Assembly: GCF_018336915.1 (NCBI RefSeq)
Contig: NZ_CP064923.1
Span: 5,490,001 to 5,522,000, forward strand
DNA length: 32,000 nucleotides
Direction: 5' to 3'
Origin: Acaryochloris marina S15
GTDB taxonomy: Bacteria; Cyanobacteriota; Cyanobacteriia; Thermosynechococcales; Thermosynechococcaceae
This document shows, one piece after another, positions 1 through 8,028 of the stretch. The stretch's first letter is position 1. Each line of letters begins with the position of its first letter. The notes under the pieces were generated by a model. That model made no database searches and was not told the origin of the DNA. It was given only the letters and a program-made list of their open reading frames with translations. Made by a program: the position numbers and the translations under genes.

Positions 1-434
1 GCATGGGTTTCAGCCGCCCGTTCACTAATTACCCAGACAATTCCCATAATGGTGACAGCAATCCCACCCCAGGCAAACGGAGAGAGCTGCTCCCGCAAAA
101 ACCACAGGGCCAGACAGGCCGATATGGGAGGCGCTAGGGTGCCTAATAACAGCGTCCGCCGGGCCCCCAGATACCGTAATGCTTCCAGATACACCGTATC
201 GCCAAACCCAATGCCAATGGCCCCACTCAAGAGCAACAACAGGCTGCTTCTTCCAGCCAACGCTGGAGCATCGAGACCCTGAACAACAATGGTGATTCCC
301 AGTAGGGCAATCGCGATCACCCCTTTACCTAGATTCAAGGCTAAGGCAGGGGCTCGACGGCCTAAGGTCGCATAAATCATCGAAGCCACGGCCCACAGGA
401 ACGCCGCACTAACAGCCGCGATTTCTCCAATCAT
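1..434 (-). CDS. EamA/DMT-family transporter, N-terminal part (gene continues past the left edge)
   Basis: Absent from the ORF track because it is open at the window edge. I hand-translated the minus strand from ATG (complement of 432-434): MIGEIAAVSAAFLWAVASMIYATLGRRAPALALNLGKGVIAIALLGITIVVQGLD... There is no stop down to position 3. The consecutive hydrophobic helices and the FLWA-type start are typical of EamA domains. The listed + ORF 49-282 is its antisense shadow. Confidence 0.75.
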   Translation of the reverse strand, partial: MIGEIAAVSAAFLWAVASMIYATLGRRAPALALNLGKGVIAIALLGITIVVQGLDAPALAGRSSLLLLLSGAIGIGFGDTVYLEALRYLGARRTLLLGTLAPPISACLALWFLREQLSPFAWGGIAVTIMGIVWVISERAAETH

Positions 435-599
435 GGTATCTGGTGATGACTCATCAGGGATGTCGAAGTAGCTAGTGTTGGCATTCCAAGTATTTTTGAC
501 CTTTAAATTGGGAAGACTGGCAAATATTATGCTCTTGCGGATCTATTTTGGAAAGACAAGGGCTTAGGCTTAACAATGGTATGTCCTGGGGAGTAATTT

Positions 600-2363
600 G
601 TGGCAATACACCTTCGTAACTGGCTGGCGGATCATCTAGAGATCAGTCCTCGCCGTAAAGCAGAAATCTATCACAGCCTCCTCGATTCAGTCAGTTTAGG
701 GGATATCAGTTACTGGCTGCAGGTGCTTTTCTCGGCAGGCATTGCCACTCTCGGATTGGTCTTAAATAGTCCAGCCGTCATTATTGGTGCCATGCTCATT
801 TCTCCTTTGATGGGAGGCATTTTGGCCAATGGCTTAGCCTTTGCTGTGGGTGATTTGGTCTTAGGCACCCGGGCTATCGTGAATTTAGCAGTGAGCTGTC
901 TGGCTGCCATTGTCTTTGCCATCCTGATTATTGCCCCTATTCCTTTTAAAGAACTCACCCCTGAAATTGCGGCCCGGACACAGCCGAATGCCCTAGATCT
1001 ATTTATTGCCTTGTTCTCTGGGGCTTTAGGGTCGATTGCCACAGCCAAAGAGCCTAAGGGCGTGGTTACATCCATTCCCGGAGTAGCGATCGCTGTGGCC
1101 CTGATGCCACCCCTTTGTGTGGTCGGCTACGGTATTGGTATCCGTCTCAGCTCTGATGTGGTAGGCATTGGGGGCTTTCAAGTGGCCCGTGGGGGAGGGT
1201 TATTATTCTTAACTAATCTAGCCGCCATCACCTTAATGTCCATGTTGGTGTTTTTGGCCCTCAATATCGGCATGCCCGAAGTCAAATCCCAGGCCGTCGA
1301 ATGGCATGAACAGGATCCCGAAAGCCGATGGGTCAAAAATTTACTGACGCGTCTGCCGGTTACCAATCAGCTCCAGAAAATTGGCAGTTTACCCAGCCGA
1401 CTCGCGGTAATTTTACTCCCCATCCTGGTGTTACTGGTTCCTCTCAGTCAATCTTTTTCGCGATTACAGACACAGTTAGCTCAGAAACAGGAAGATAACG
1501 CCCTGCGCCGACTAGCCACCACGATCTGGCAAGGTAATTTTGCCAATACGGCCACTGGAGAACCTCGGTCCTACATTAGCCAGTTGAATACAACTGCCAT
1601 CGAGGATAAGCTAACGGTGCAGTTAACGGTATTTACCAGCGAACCGTATACTCTCGACGAGCGGCAGCGGTTCAGAGAGACCCTGGCCCGCCAATTAAAC
1701 CGACCGGCCAATTCTCTGGATATCCAGTTGATTGAGATTTTAACGGCTTCCAATGAGCTGCTAGCTCGGCTCTCCGATGACCCGGTGGTGACAGAACCTA
1801 TCACCCCAGAAGCTTCACCCATCAGCGTCTCCCAGGCTCAGGTTAATTTACTGCAAACGGTTGATACTGCCTTGGGAACGATGGTACTTCCCGCTCCTGC
1901 TCTCCCCCTCCGTCACGAAGTCAGCACGAGTGCGATTGCCCCCCTCACTCTAAAAATTTTCTATCTCAGCAATCGTGACATTGGGGGTGATGCCCAAACA
2001 TTACTGCGAGAAGACCTGCGCAATCGACTCCAGTCGCCGATGACTCAGGTCATTTTGGAGCGAGTACCGACGTTCCCCACCCCCTTAACTTTTGAATTAG
2101 ACCTGTCAGCCATTTCTCCCGAGAGTCAACAAACGTTGAATCAGGTGGGCACGATTCTGCAACAGCAGCCTAATTTGTCGGTGGATATTGTGGCTCGGGC
2201 CGAAACCTTAGAAAATCCCGTGATGAACAGTAATCGGATCAAAGCAGTCCAAACGTTTTTGACCCAAACTTGGCGCATCGATCAACAGCGCATCAACAGC
2301 CGATCAGGTCCTGAGTTGGAGCGGGGAGAACAGCCTACTATTCTGCTCAAAATTAACATGTAG
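600..2363 (+). CDS. DUF389-family integral membrane protein with a long soluble C-terminal extension
   Basis: 587-aa ORF with a GTG start. The N-terminal half (YWLQVLFSAGIATLGLVLNSPAVIIGAMLISPLMGGI...) matches the DUF389/TIGR00341-type hydrophobic domain as I remember it. The C-terminal ~300 aa are hydrophilic with internally similar modules. Confidence 0.75.
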   Translation: MAIHLRNWLADHLEISPRRKAEIYHSLLDSVSLGDISYWLQVLFSAGIATLGLVLNSPAVIIGAMLISPLMGGILANGLAFAVGDLVLGTRAIVNLAVSCLAAIVFAILIIAPIPFKELTPEIAARTQPNALDLFIALFSGALGSIATAKEPKGVVTSIPGVAIAVALMPPLCVVGYGIGIRLSSDVVGIGGFQVARGGGLLFLTNLAAITLMSMLVFLALNIGMPEVKSQAVEWHEQDPESRWVKNLLTRLPVTNQLQKIGSLPSRLAVILLPILVLLVPLSQSFSRLQTQLAQKQEDNALRRLATTIWQGNFANTATGEPRSYISQLNTTAIEDKLTVQLTVFTSEPYTLDERQRFRETLARQLNRPANSLDIQLIEILTASNELLARLSDDPVVTEPITPEASPISVSQAQVNLLQTVDTALGTMVLPAPALPLRHEVSTSAIAPLTLKIFYLSNRDIGGDAQTLLREDLRNRLQSPMTQVILERVPTFPTPLTFELDLSAISPESQQTLNQVGTILQQQPNLSVDIVARAETLENPVMNSNRIKAVQTFLTQTWRIDQQRINSRSGPELERGEQPTILLKINM

Positions 2364-2607
2364 TCCTGGTTAGCCAATCGTCAGACAGCCGTCGTAGGGG
2401 ACTTTATCAGAGCTTCCATAACGCGTTGAAGACTGGAATCAAGGCGTCTTAAAATCCTAAGCATTCACCAAAAAAGACGGTATAGTTGGGAAATTATCAA
2501 TATCTCAACTAAATGACTCTATATTCAATTCTATCTAGCCGTGGCTCATATTTTCTCTAGCTGATGAAATTAATAGCTATTATTCGGGAATGATAAGACT
2601 AGAGATG

Positions 2608-2623
2608 CGTGATCAAGATCACA
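2608..2623. promoter_or_regulatory. CRP/NtcA-family-like palindrome CGTGA-N6-TCACA
   Basis: cGTGATCAAGATCACA matches the TGTGA-N6-TCACA consensus at 9 of 10 half-site positions. It lies in an AT-rich intergenic region ~130 nt upstream of the small ORF at 2757. Confidence 0.3.
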
Positions 2624-2756
2624 GGTGCAAACGGCTATAGTCACTGCTAGCAAAGGCTGTAACTAACATGCTGGATAGCAAACCTGTACACCGGTTCCGC
2701 AGAGATTGTCACAGTTGGGTGTCGATCCTAAATCACACCGTAGGGAGAAACAAGCC

Positions 2757-2945
2757 ATGTCTGTGGTTCTAGCAGAACGATTTGCACATAATCCAGATTG
2801 GTCCAAAGTTCAGCCGCATAATTGCGATCGCGCCCAAGAATTGGTGACTTTAATCCAGGCTCAAATTCATCAGGACCGCGAAGCCCTGGCCGATGACTAC
2901 TACGGTTGGATTTACGAACTAAACAAGTTATTAAGTAGCCTGTAA
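2757..2945 (+). CDS. small hypothetical protein (62 aa from the ATG; the track ORF starts at TTG 2706)
   Basis: ATG 2757 is preceded by GGGAGA. The sequence MSVVLAERFAHNPDWSKVQPHNCDRAQELVTLIQ... has no recognisable motif. Confidence 0.35.
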   Translation: MSVVLAERFAHNPDWSKVQPHNCDRAQELVTLIQAQIHQDREALADDYYGWIYELNKLLSSL

Positions 2946-3022
2946 ACTCTCTTCTTGCTCTGCGAGTCACATCCAGGTCATATACGAGTAACGTTAGAGT
3001 GAGATGACATGTCAGTTAAGAT

Positions 3023-3361
3023 TTGTCAACAATCCAGATCACAACGACCCAAAAAACTTGGAAGCCCCAAACCTTCCAACCGATGACAGATGTTGCAGGT
3101 ATGGGATCTGCGATCGCAACCGACCAACACCACACCTATTTTTTGCACTACACGTCAGGGCTTTCCATTCTAGAACCTGGACAAGCAAACCCTACTTTCA
3201 TTGATCTGTCAGCGTTGAGCTATATGCGAGATCTCCTGATTGACCAGAAGGGCAATCTTTGGGTAGGAGGATGGAAGCAGTTAGTTCGACTACGCTGCCA
3301 AGGAAATCAGTGGAGTCAAGACCATTATCGCCTCACTCATTCAGTCTTAATCTCTCCTTAA
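3023..3361 (+). CDS. hypothetical protein, start uncertain (TTG 3023 or ATG 3083)
   Basis: Longest ORF in this stretch. The segment DQKGNLWVGGWKQLVRL resembles a single beta-propeller (Reg_prop-like) repeat. No other support. Confidence 0.3.
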   Translation: MSTIQITTTQKTWKPQTFQPMTDVAGMGSAIATDQHHTYFLHYTSGLSILEPGQANPTFIDLSALSYMRDLLIDQKGNLWVGGWKQLVRLRCQGNQWSQDHYRLTHSVLISP

Positions 3362-3510
3362 GTCAGTTAATTCATACCTGTTAAGACTTGTGCTTTCTAA
3401 GGTTCATTTTTTTGTATCCACCAATACAACAATCAACCGATAGACTTGATATTTCTTGTATACATACTCTATTCATCAAAAAACAATAATTCCTTAAAAA
3501 ATACTTGTTT

Positions 3511-3636
3511 CTAGGGTTCCGATTTGAGTTCCGTCCTTACTTAAATGCCTGGTCCAAGAGAAACAGCTAGCTGCTTTCATACCTGTTTTATACCGGTTGG
3601 CAGTGAGTGACACGGAGGGATAAAAGCCCGGGAGAA
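3511..3636 (+). promoter_or_regulatory. guanidine-I riboswitch aptamer (ykkC-yxkD motif, subtype 1)
   Basis: The three conserved ykkC blocks are present in the right order and spacing: CTAGGGTTCCG (3511-3521), GGTCCAAGAG (3551-3560) and ACACGGAGGGATAAAAGCCCGGGAGA (3610-3635). It sits in the 5' leader of the operon that starts at 3787. Confidence 0.9.
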
Positions 3637-3688
3637 TGAACATTAACGCCGTATCCGTTAATGGTTGTCTCCGCGGGTTTTGTGTTTT
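3626..3688 (+). terminator. riboswitch expression platform: intrinsic terminator overlapping the aptamer 3' strand
   Basis: GCCCGGGAGA (3626-3635) pairs with TCTCCGCGGG (3668-3677), with one bulged G. The inner stem is ATTAACG (3642-3648) / CGTTAAT (3656-3662). The U-rich tract TTTTGTGTTTT (3678-3688) follows. Confidence 0.7.
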
Positions 3689-3786
3689 AAATGGACAGGG
3701 CTCATCTTCCTCTAAAATGACGAAGGAGAAACAACATCAATAAAGAAATTAGCTTGACGAAGTAAAAAACACATTTTCTCGATATT

Positions 3787-4983
3787 ATGGCTGAAAATCC
3801 GACCTTTGGTCCTCCAAACTCTAATCCTGATTTTTCTTCCACCGAGGCCAATCGTGCCTTAGAAAAAGAAGCACAACTCCCCCTCACAGGCTGGCAACAA
3901 GAAGTCGATCGAGGATTAGAACTGGGCTTAGAAGCAGCAGCTAGCATCCGGGATCGCAGCATTCCTACCTTCTCACGAGGAGAACTGCCCCACTATGCAG
4001 GTATCAACACCTTTCTCAAAGCGCCTTACCTAGAAGATGTGCGTAAAGTCGGTGAGTACGATATTGCTGTTGTGGGCGTTCCCCATGACTCAGGCACCAC
4101 CTATCGTCCCGGCACACGCTTCGGTCCTCAGGGCATTCGTCGGATTTCAGCCCTCTATACCCCCTACAATTTCGAGATGGGCATCGATTTGCGGGAGCAG
4201 ATTACCCTCTGTGACGTGGGCGATATCTTCACTATCCCCGCCAACAACGAAAAATCCTTTGACCAAATCTCTAAAGGAATAGCCCATATCTTCAGTTCTG
4301 GGGCTTTTCCCATTATTTTAGGAGGTGATCACTCCATTGGATTCCCCACCGTTCGCGGCGTCTGCCGCCATTTGGGAGATAAGAAAGTCGGTATCATCCA
4401 CTTCGATCGCCATGTGGATACCCAAGAAACCGACCTAGATGAGCGCATGCATACCTGTCCTTGGTTTCATGCCACCAACATGGATAACGCTCCCGCTAAA
4501 AACCTGGTACAGCTAGGCATCGGTGGTTGGCAAGTGCCTCGCCAAGGGGTCAAGGTCTGCCGAGAGCGAGCCACTAATATCTTGACCGTCACTGACATTA
4601 CCGAAATGGGTCTAGATGCTGCCGTTGACTTCGCCCTAGAAAGAGCCTTGGACGGCACAGACTGTGTGTATATCAGTTTCGACATTGACTGTATTGATGC
4701 CGGATTTGTCCCCGGTACCGGCTGGCCAGAACCCGGTGGTCTCATGCCCCGAGAAGCGCTCTATATGCTCGGTAAAATCATTCGACAAGCGCCCGTCTGT
4801 GGCCTGGAAATTGTCGAAGTTTCGCCCCCCTATGACGTCAGCGATATGACCTCTCTGATGGCCACGCGGGTGATCTGCGATACCATGGCCCATCTGGTTC
4901 TCTCTGGACAACTGCCCCGTCAGCAAACACCCGACTATATTCACCCTGAAGCCAATATGGCAGTGGGTTCTGAGTGGGTTTAG
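3787..4983 (+). CDS. gdmH: arginase/agmatinase-family ureohydrolase; probable Ni-dependent guanidine hydrolase (GdmH/Sll1077-like). Pipelines would usually call it agmatinase SpeB.
   Basis: 398 aa. All arginase-fold metal-ligand motifs are present: ILGGDHSIGFP, IIHFDRHVDTQ and YISFDIDCIDAGFVPGTGWPEPGG. It is the first gene after a guanidine-I riboswitch and is followed directly by HypA/HypB-like genes. Confidence 0.85.
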   Translation: MAENPTFGPPNSNPDFSSTEANRALEKEAQLPLTGWQQEVDRGLELGLEAAASIRDRSIPTFSRGELPHYAGINTFLKAPYLEDVRKVGEYDIAVVGVPHDSGTTYRPGTRFGPQGIRRISALYTPYNFEMGIDLREQITLCDVGDIFTIPANNEKSFDQISKGIAHIFSSGAFPIILGGDHSIGFPTVRGVCRHLGDKKVGIIHFDRHVDTQETDLDERMHTCPWFHATNMDNAPAKNLVQLGIGGWQVPRQGVKVCRERATNILTVTDITEMGLDAAVDFALERALDGTDCVYISFDIDCIDAGFVPGTGWPEPGGLMPREALYMLGKIIRQAPVCGLEIVEVSPPYDVSDMTSLMATRVICDTMAHLVLSGQLPRQQTPDYIHPEANMAVGSEWV

Positions 4984-4986
4984 GCC

Positions 4987-5367
4987 ATGCATGAAACAGA
5001 CATGACCAAGGCCCTGATCATGACGGTCAAAGATTGGTACGACTCCCAACCCGAAGATCCAAAAATCACCAAAATTCATTTGGTTGTCGGTCGGTTTACC
5101 TGTGTTGAACCCGTCAGCTTGCAGTTCGCCTATGAAGTTCAAACCCGTGACACTTTCTTAGCCGGGACAGAACTGGTGATTCGAGAAACGCCTTTAATCG
5201 CCTTTTGTCACCCCTGCCAAAAAGAATATTCCCCAGCCATCGGCTTGCAGTATTCCTGTCCTGACTGTGGAACGCCGATGGAAGACATCCGGTCCGGTCG
5301 CGAACTCAAAATTGACCATATCGAATATTGTTCTGATTCAGCCCAAGCTTATGCACCAAACTGTTGA
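4987..5367 (+). CDS. hypA: HypA-like nickel metallochaperone (GhaA-type accessory protein)
   Basis: 126 aa. Has the N-terminal MHE nickel-binding motif and two CxxC pairs (CHPCQ, CPDCG) forming the zinc site. The ATG is 3 nt after the upstream stop codon. Confidence 0.85.
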   Translation: MHETDMTKALIMTVKDWYDSQPEDPKITKIHLVVGRFTCVEPVSLQFAYEVQTRDTFLAGTELVIRETPLIAFCHPCQKEYSPAIGLQYSCPDCGTPMEDIRSGRELKIDHIEYCSDSAQAYAPNC

Positions 5368-6049
5368 CGCCGCCCTAGGCATTAACCTCTTACATGCCAA
5401 TCAAGAAGGGGCCAATCACAACCAAGCACATTTTGATGAATGGGGGGTGACCTGTTTCAACATTATGAGCAGCCCTGGTGCAGGAAAAACGGTGCTGTTG
5501 GAGAAAACCCTAGCGGCTCTCAGCCCAGAACTCAAACTGGCCGTCATCGAAGGCGACATGACCACCGAATTGGATGCCGATCGATTACGGGCTTACGATG
5601 TCCCCGTGGTGGCCATTAACACCGGGCGATCCTGTCACCTTGACGCCAAGATGGTCGCGGGTGGCATCCACCAATTGGAGCATTGCACTAATCCTAGTGA
5701 ACTGGATTTAGTGCTGGTAGAGAATGTCGGGAACCTCGTATGTCCGGCAGAGTTTGAAGTAGGAGAGCATGCCAAAGTGGCCCTACTCAGCGTGACAGAG
5801 GGGGAAGATAAGCCGCTGAAATATCCCGTGATGTTTCAAGCAGCCGATTGTTTATTGGTGACCAAGATAGATTTAGTTCCCTATCTCAATATTGACATTG
5901 AGCAAATCAGCCAGAATGTCCGTCAGCTCAATCCCCATGCCACGATTATTCCGGTATCTGCACAAACAGGAGCAGGGCTTGCTGAATGGTATGAATGGGT
6001 GCGTCAACAGGTCGCCCAGCCGAGTCGGACTGCAGTCGGTCGTCATTAG
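5351..6049 (+). CDS. hypB: HypB-like nickel-dependent GTPase (GhaB-type accessory protein)
   Basis: P-loop SSPGAGKT, metal/switch motifs GRSCHLDA and [12 protein letters not shown], and specificity motif TKIDL. I place the start at ATG 5351 ([10 protein letters not shown]...), which overlaps hypA by 17 nt. The track start at 5267 would add 28 residues read out of frame across hypA. Confidence 0.85.
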   Translation: MHQTVDAALGINLLHANQEGANHNQAHFDEWGVTCFNIMSSPGAGKTVLLEKTLAALSPELKLAVIEGDMTTELDADRLRAYDVPVVAINTGRSCHLDAKMVAGGIHQLEHCTNPSELDLVLVENVGNLVCPAEFEVGEHAKVALLSVTEGEDKPLKYPVMFQAADCLLVTKIDLVPYLNIDIEQISQNVRQLNPHATIIPVSAQTGAGLAEWYEWVRQQVAQPSRTAVGRH

Positions 6050-6076
6050 TTGTTTGTAAGCAGGTAAAAGACTTCT

Positions 6077-7105
6077 ATGAAGCGAAGAAATTTTCTATCC
6101 TTATGTTTGGTATTTTTCTGCAGTTTGCTGCTGACCGTCAGCTGTAGCTCCTCACCCGAGACGACAACCGACTCTTCTGTCGGCTCAGGGGAGCCAGTTG
6201 TGATTGGTTACAGTAACTGGGCGGGTTGGTGGCCTTGGGCCATTGCCGAGCAAGAAGGGCTATTTGAAAAAAATAAGGCCAATATCAAACTCAAATGGTT
6301 TGATAATTACACCACTTCAATGGAAGCCCTGGCAGCGGGTCAATTAGACGGCAATTGCCAAACCCTCAACGATACGATTTCCTTTGCCGGCAGTGCCACC
6401 AAGGGAGAAGTCGCGGTCCTAGTCAATGACAACTCTGCTGGTAATGACAAGATTATCGTTACGGCCGATATTAATAGTATTCAAGACTTGAAAGGTAAGA
6501 AAGTTGCCGTTGAAGAAGGAGTAGTGGACGACTTTTTGTTGACCTTAGCCTTGGAAGAAAACGGCATGAAGCGAGACGATGTGGAGATCGTGGGCTTGGA
6601 AACGGGTAAGGCCGTGACTGCTTTTGTGGCAGGTAAAGTGGATGCAGTCGGGGCATTTCCCCCGTTCTGGGCAACAGCGTTAAAGCGGGAAGGCAGTAAA
6701 GAGCTGATCTCGTCCAAAGAGTTTCCGGGTGCCATTCCAGACTTGCTCGTGGTGACCCAAGATTTAGTGGATAATCGCCCCGATCAAGTGCAGGCCCTGG
6801 TAGATACTTGGTTTGATATCTTAGCCTTCATAGATAAAAATCCCCAAAAGGCTGATGAAATTATGGCGAAGCGGGCCGGGGTCTCTCTGGAAGAGATGAA
6901 GCAATTCAAAGAAGGAACGCGCTTCTTCTCCCTAGAAGATAATCTGGAAGCATTTTCGGATGGTGAAGACATGAAGCATATGCCCTTTGCTGCCAAACGG
7001 ATGGCTAAGTTTATGGTGGATGTCGAATTCATTAAAGAAGCACCGGATTTAACCCAAGTGCTGGATGACCAGTTTGTTAAGGCCTATCAAGCCAAGCAAG
7101 CATAG
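6077..7105 (+). CDS. ABC transporter substrate-binding protein, NitT/TauT (NMT1/SsuA-like) family, probable lipoprotein
   Basis: 342 aa. Signal peptide ends in LLLTVSC-SS (lipobox-like Cys). The overall pattern (IGYSNWAGWWPW..., KGKKVAV..G) is typical of nitrate/sulfonate/taurine-type binding proteins. Confidence 0.8.
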   Translation: MKRRNFLSLCLVFFCSLLLTVSCSSSPETTTDSSVGSGEPVVIGYSNWAGWWPWAIAEQEGLFEKNKANIKLKWFDNYTTSMEALAAGQLDGNCQTLNDTISFAGSATKGEVAVLVNDNSAGNDKIIVTADINSIQDLKGKKVAVEEGVVDDFLLTLALEENGMKRDDVEIVGLETGKAVTAFVAGKVDAVGAFPPFWATALKREGSKELISSKEFPGAIPDLLVVTQDLVDNRPDQVQALVDTWFDILAFIDKNPQKADEIMAKRAGVSLEEMKQFKEGTRFFSLEDNLEAFSDGEDMKHMPFAAKRMAKFMVDVEFIKEAPDLTQVLDDQFVKAYQAKQA

Positions 7106-7173
7106 TTCCCTTCTATTCCTGGAGCTAGTTCGCTCCAGGAATACCAGATTAGTCATGTGTCTCTGCAGCGATT

Positions 7174-8019
7174 ATGACCTCCAACTCGTCAGTTCCCCCA
7201 CCCCAACCGAACCATCAGTCTGGTGGATTAAAACCCACTATTTTTTGGCGTATTGCTGAGGACATTCCAGGGAATCTCAAGTGGGCCTTAATGGTGACTT
7301 CCATCGTTCTTCCCTTCGGACTTTGGTGGGGAATCGCTAGCACTGGAGTCGTTAATTCCGACTTCTTGCCATCTCCTACCCAAGTGGGTCAAGCCTTACG
7401 CGATCTCTACTCTGATGGCTTGCTCGTCCATGATACGTTGATGAGCTGCTTTAGGGTTGGGGTAGGTTTTCTACTCGCTGCAATTGTTTCTGCGCCTGTT
7501 GGCATAGCGATGGGGACATTTACCAGTATTCGGTCCTTATTGGAACCGATTATGGGCATTGTTCGTTATATGCCAGCGCCCGCCTTTACGCCCCTGTTAC
7601 TGATCTATTTAGGGGTAGATGAACGACCCAAAATCGCCCTCATTTTTATCGGTACGGTGTTTTTCAACATCTTGATGGTGATGGATGCCGTCAAGTTTAT
7701 TCCCAAGGAATTGCTGGAAACAACTTATACCCTAGGGGGAAGACGTCACCAAGTGCTCTTCCAGGTGATTACTCCCTATGTGATTCCCAATATTCTGGAT
7801 GCCTTTCGTGTCAATATGGCAGCCTCTTGGAATTTAGTCGTGGTTGCTGAATTAATTGCTGCAGAAGAAGGCTTAGGGAAACGCATTGCCATAGCTGAAC
7901 AGTTTTTCAGGACTGATACTATTTTTGCCTGCCTCATTGTGTTGGGACTGATTGGGTTTGGTCTAGATTTATTATTCCGCTGGCTACAACGTGCTGTCTC
8001 TCCCTGGGCAATCGACTAA
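7174..8019 (+). CDS. ABC transporter permease, NitT/TauT family
   Basis: 281 aa and multi-pass hydrophobic. The EAA-like loop region (AEEGLGKRIAIAEQFF) is typical of BPD_transp_1 permeases. Confidence 0.85.
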   Translation: MTSNSSVPPPQPNHQSGGLKPTIFWRIAEDIPGNLKWALMVTSIVLPFGLWWGIASTGVVNSDFLPSPTQVGQALRDLYSDGLLVHDTLMSCFRVGVGFLLAAIVSAPVGIAMGTFTSIRSLLEPIMGIVRYMPAPAFTPLLLIYLGVDERPKIALIFIGTVFFNILMVMDAVKFIPKELLETTYTLGGRRHQVLFQVITPYVIPNILDAFRVNMAASWNLVVVAELIAAEEGLGKRIAIAEQFFRTDTIFACLIVLGLIGFGLDLLFRWLQRAVSPWAID

Positions 8020-8028
8020 CTCATCACT

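Noticed and set aside
49-282. 77-aa + strand ORF at the left edge
   Set aside because: Arg/Pro/Ala-rich nonsense composition. It is exactly antisense to the well-behaved EamA-type membrane ORF that I could translate on the minus strand from 434 to the window edge.
3004-3204. 66-aa + ORF overlapping the 3023-3361 ORF in another frame
   Set aside because: It is shorter and has an odd Cys/Arg/His-rich composition. At most one of the two frames is real, and neither is well supported.
3717-3743. 8-codon mini-ORF (MTKEKQHQ) between the riboswitch terminator and the first gene
   Set aside because: It is too short to support and has no obvious coupling logic. It probably occurs by chance in an AT-rich leader.
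3702-3962. 86-aa minus-strand ORF spanning the operon leader and the start of the hydrolase gene
   Set aside because: It is antisense to a strongly supported CDS, with Ser/Arg/Leu-rich low-information sequence.
4636-5142. 168-aa minus-strand ORF across the ureohydrolase/hypA junction (and similar antisense ORFs at 4467-4745, 4037-4282, 4664-4849)
   Set aside because: It overlaps two strongly supported + strand genes and has no recognisable features.
5267-5350. Upstream extension of the hypB-like ORF given in the track
   Set aside because: The extra 28 codons ([16 protein letters not shown]...) are hypA sequence read in another frame. HypB-like similarity starts after ATG 5351.
4987-6049. 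Interpreting hypA/hypB as hydrogenase maturation genes
   Set aside because: No hydrogenase subunits or other hyp genes are nearby. Both genes are translationally coupled to a riboswitch-controlled ureohydrolase, which fits a dedicated Ni-delivery role better. A genome-wide check is still needed.
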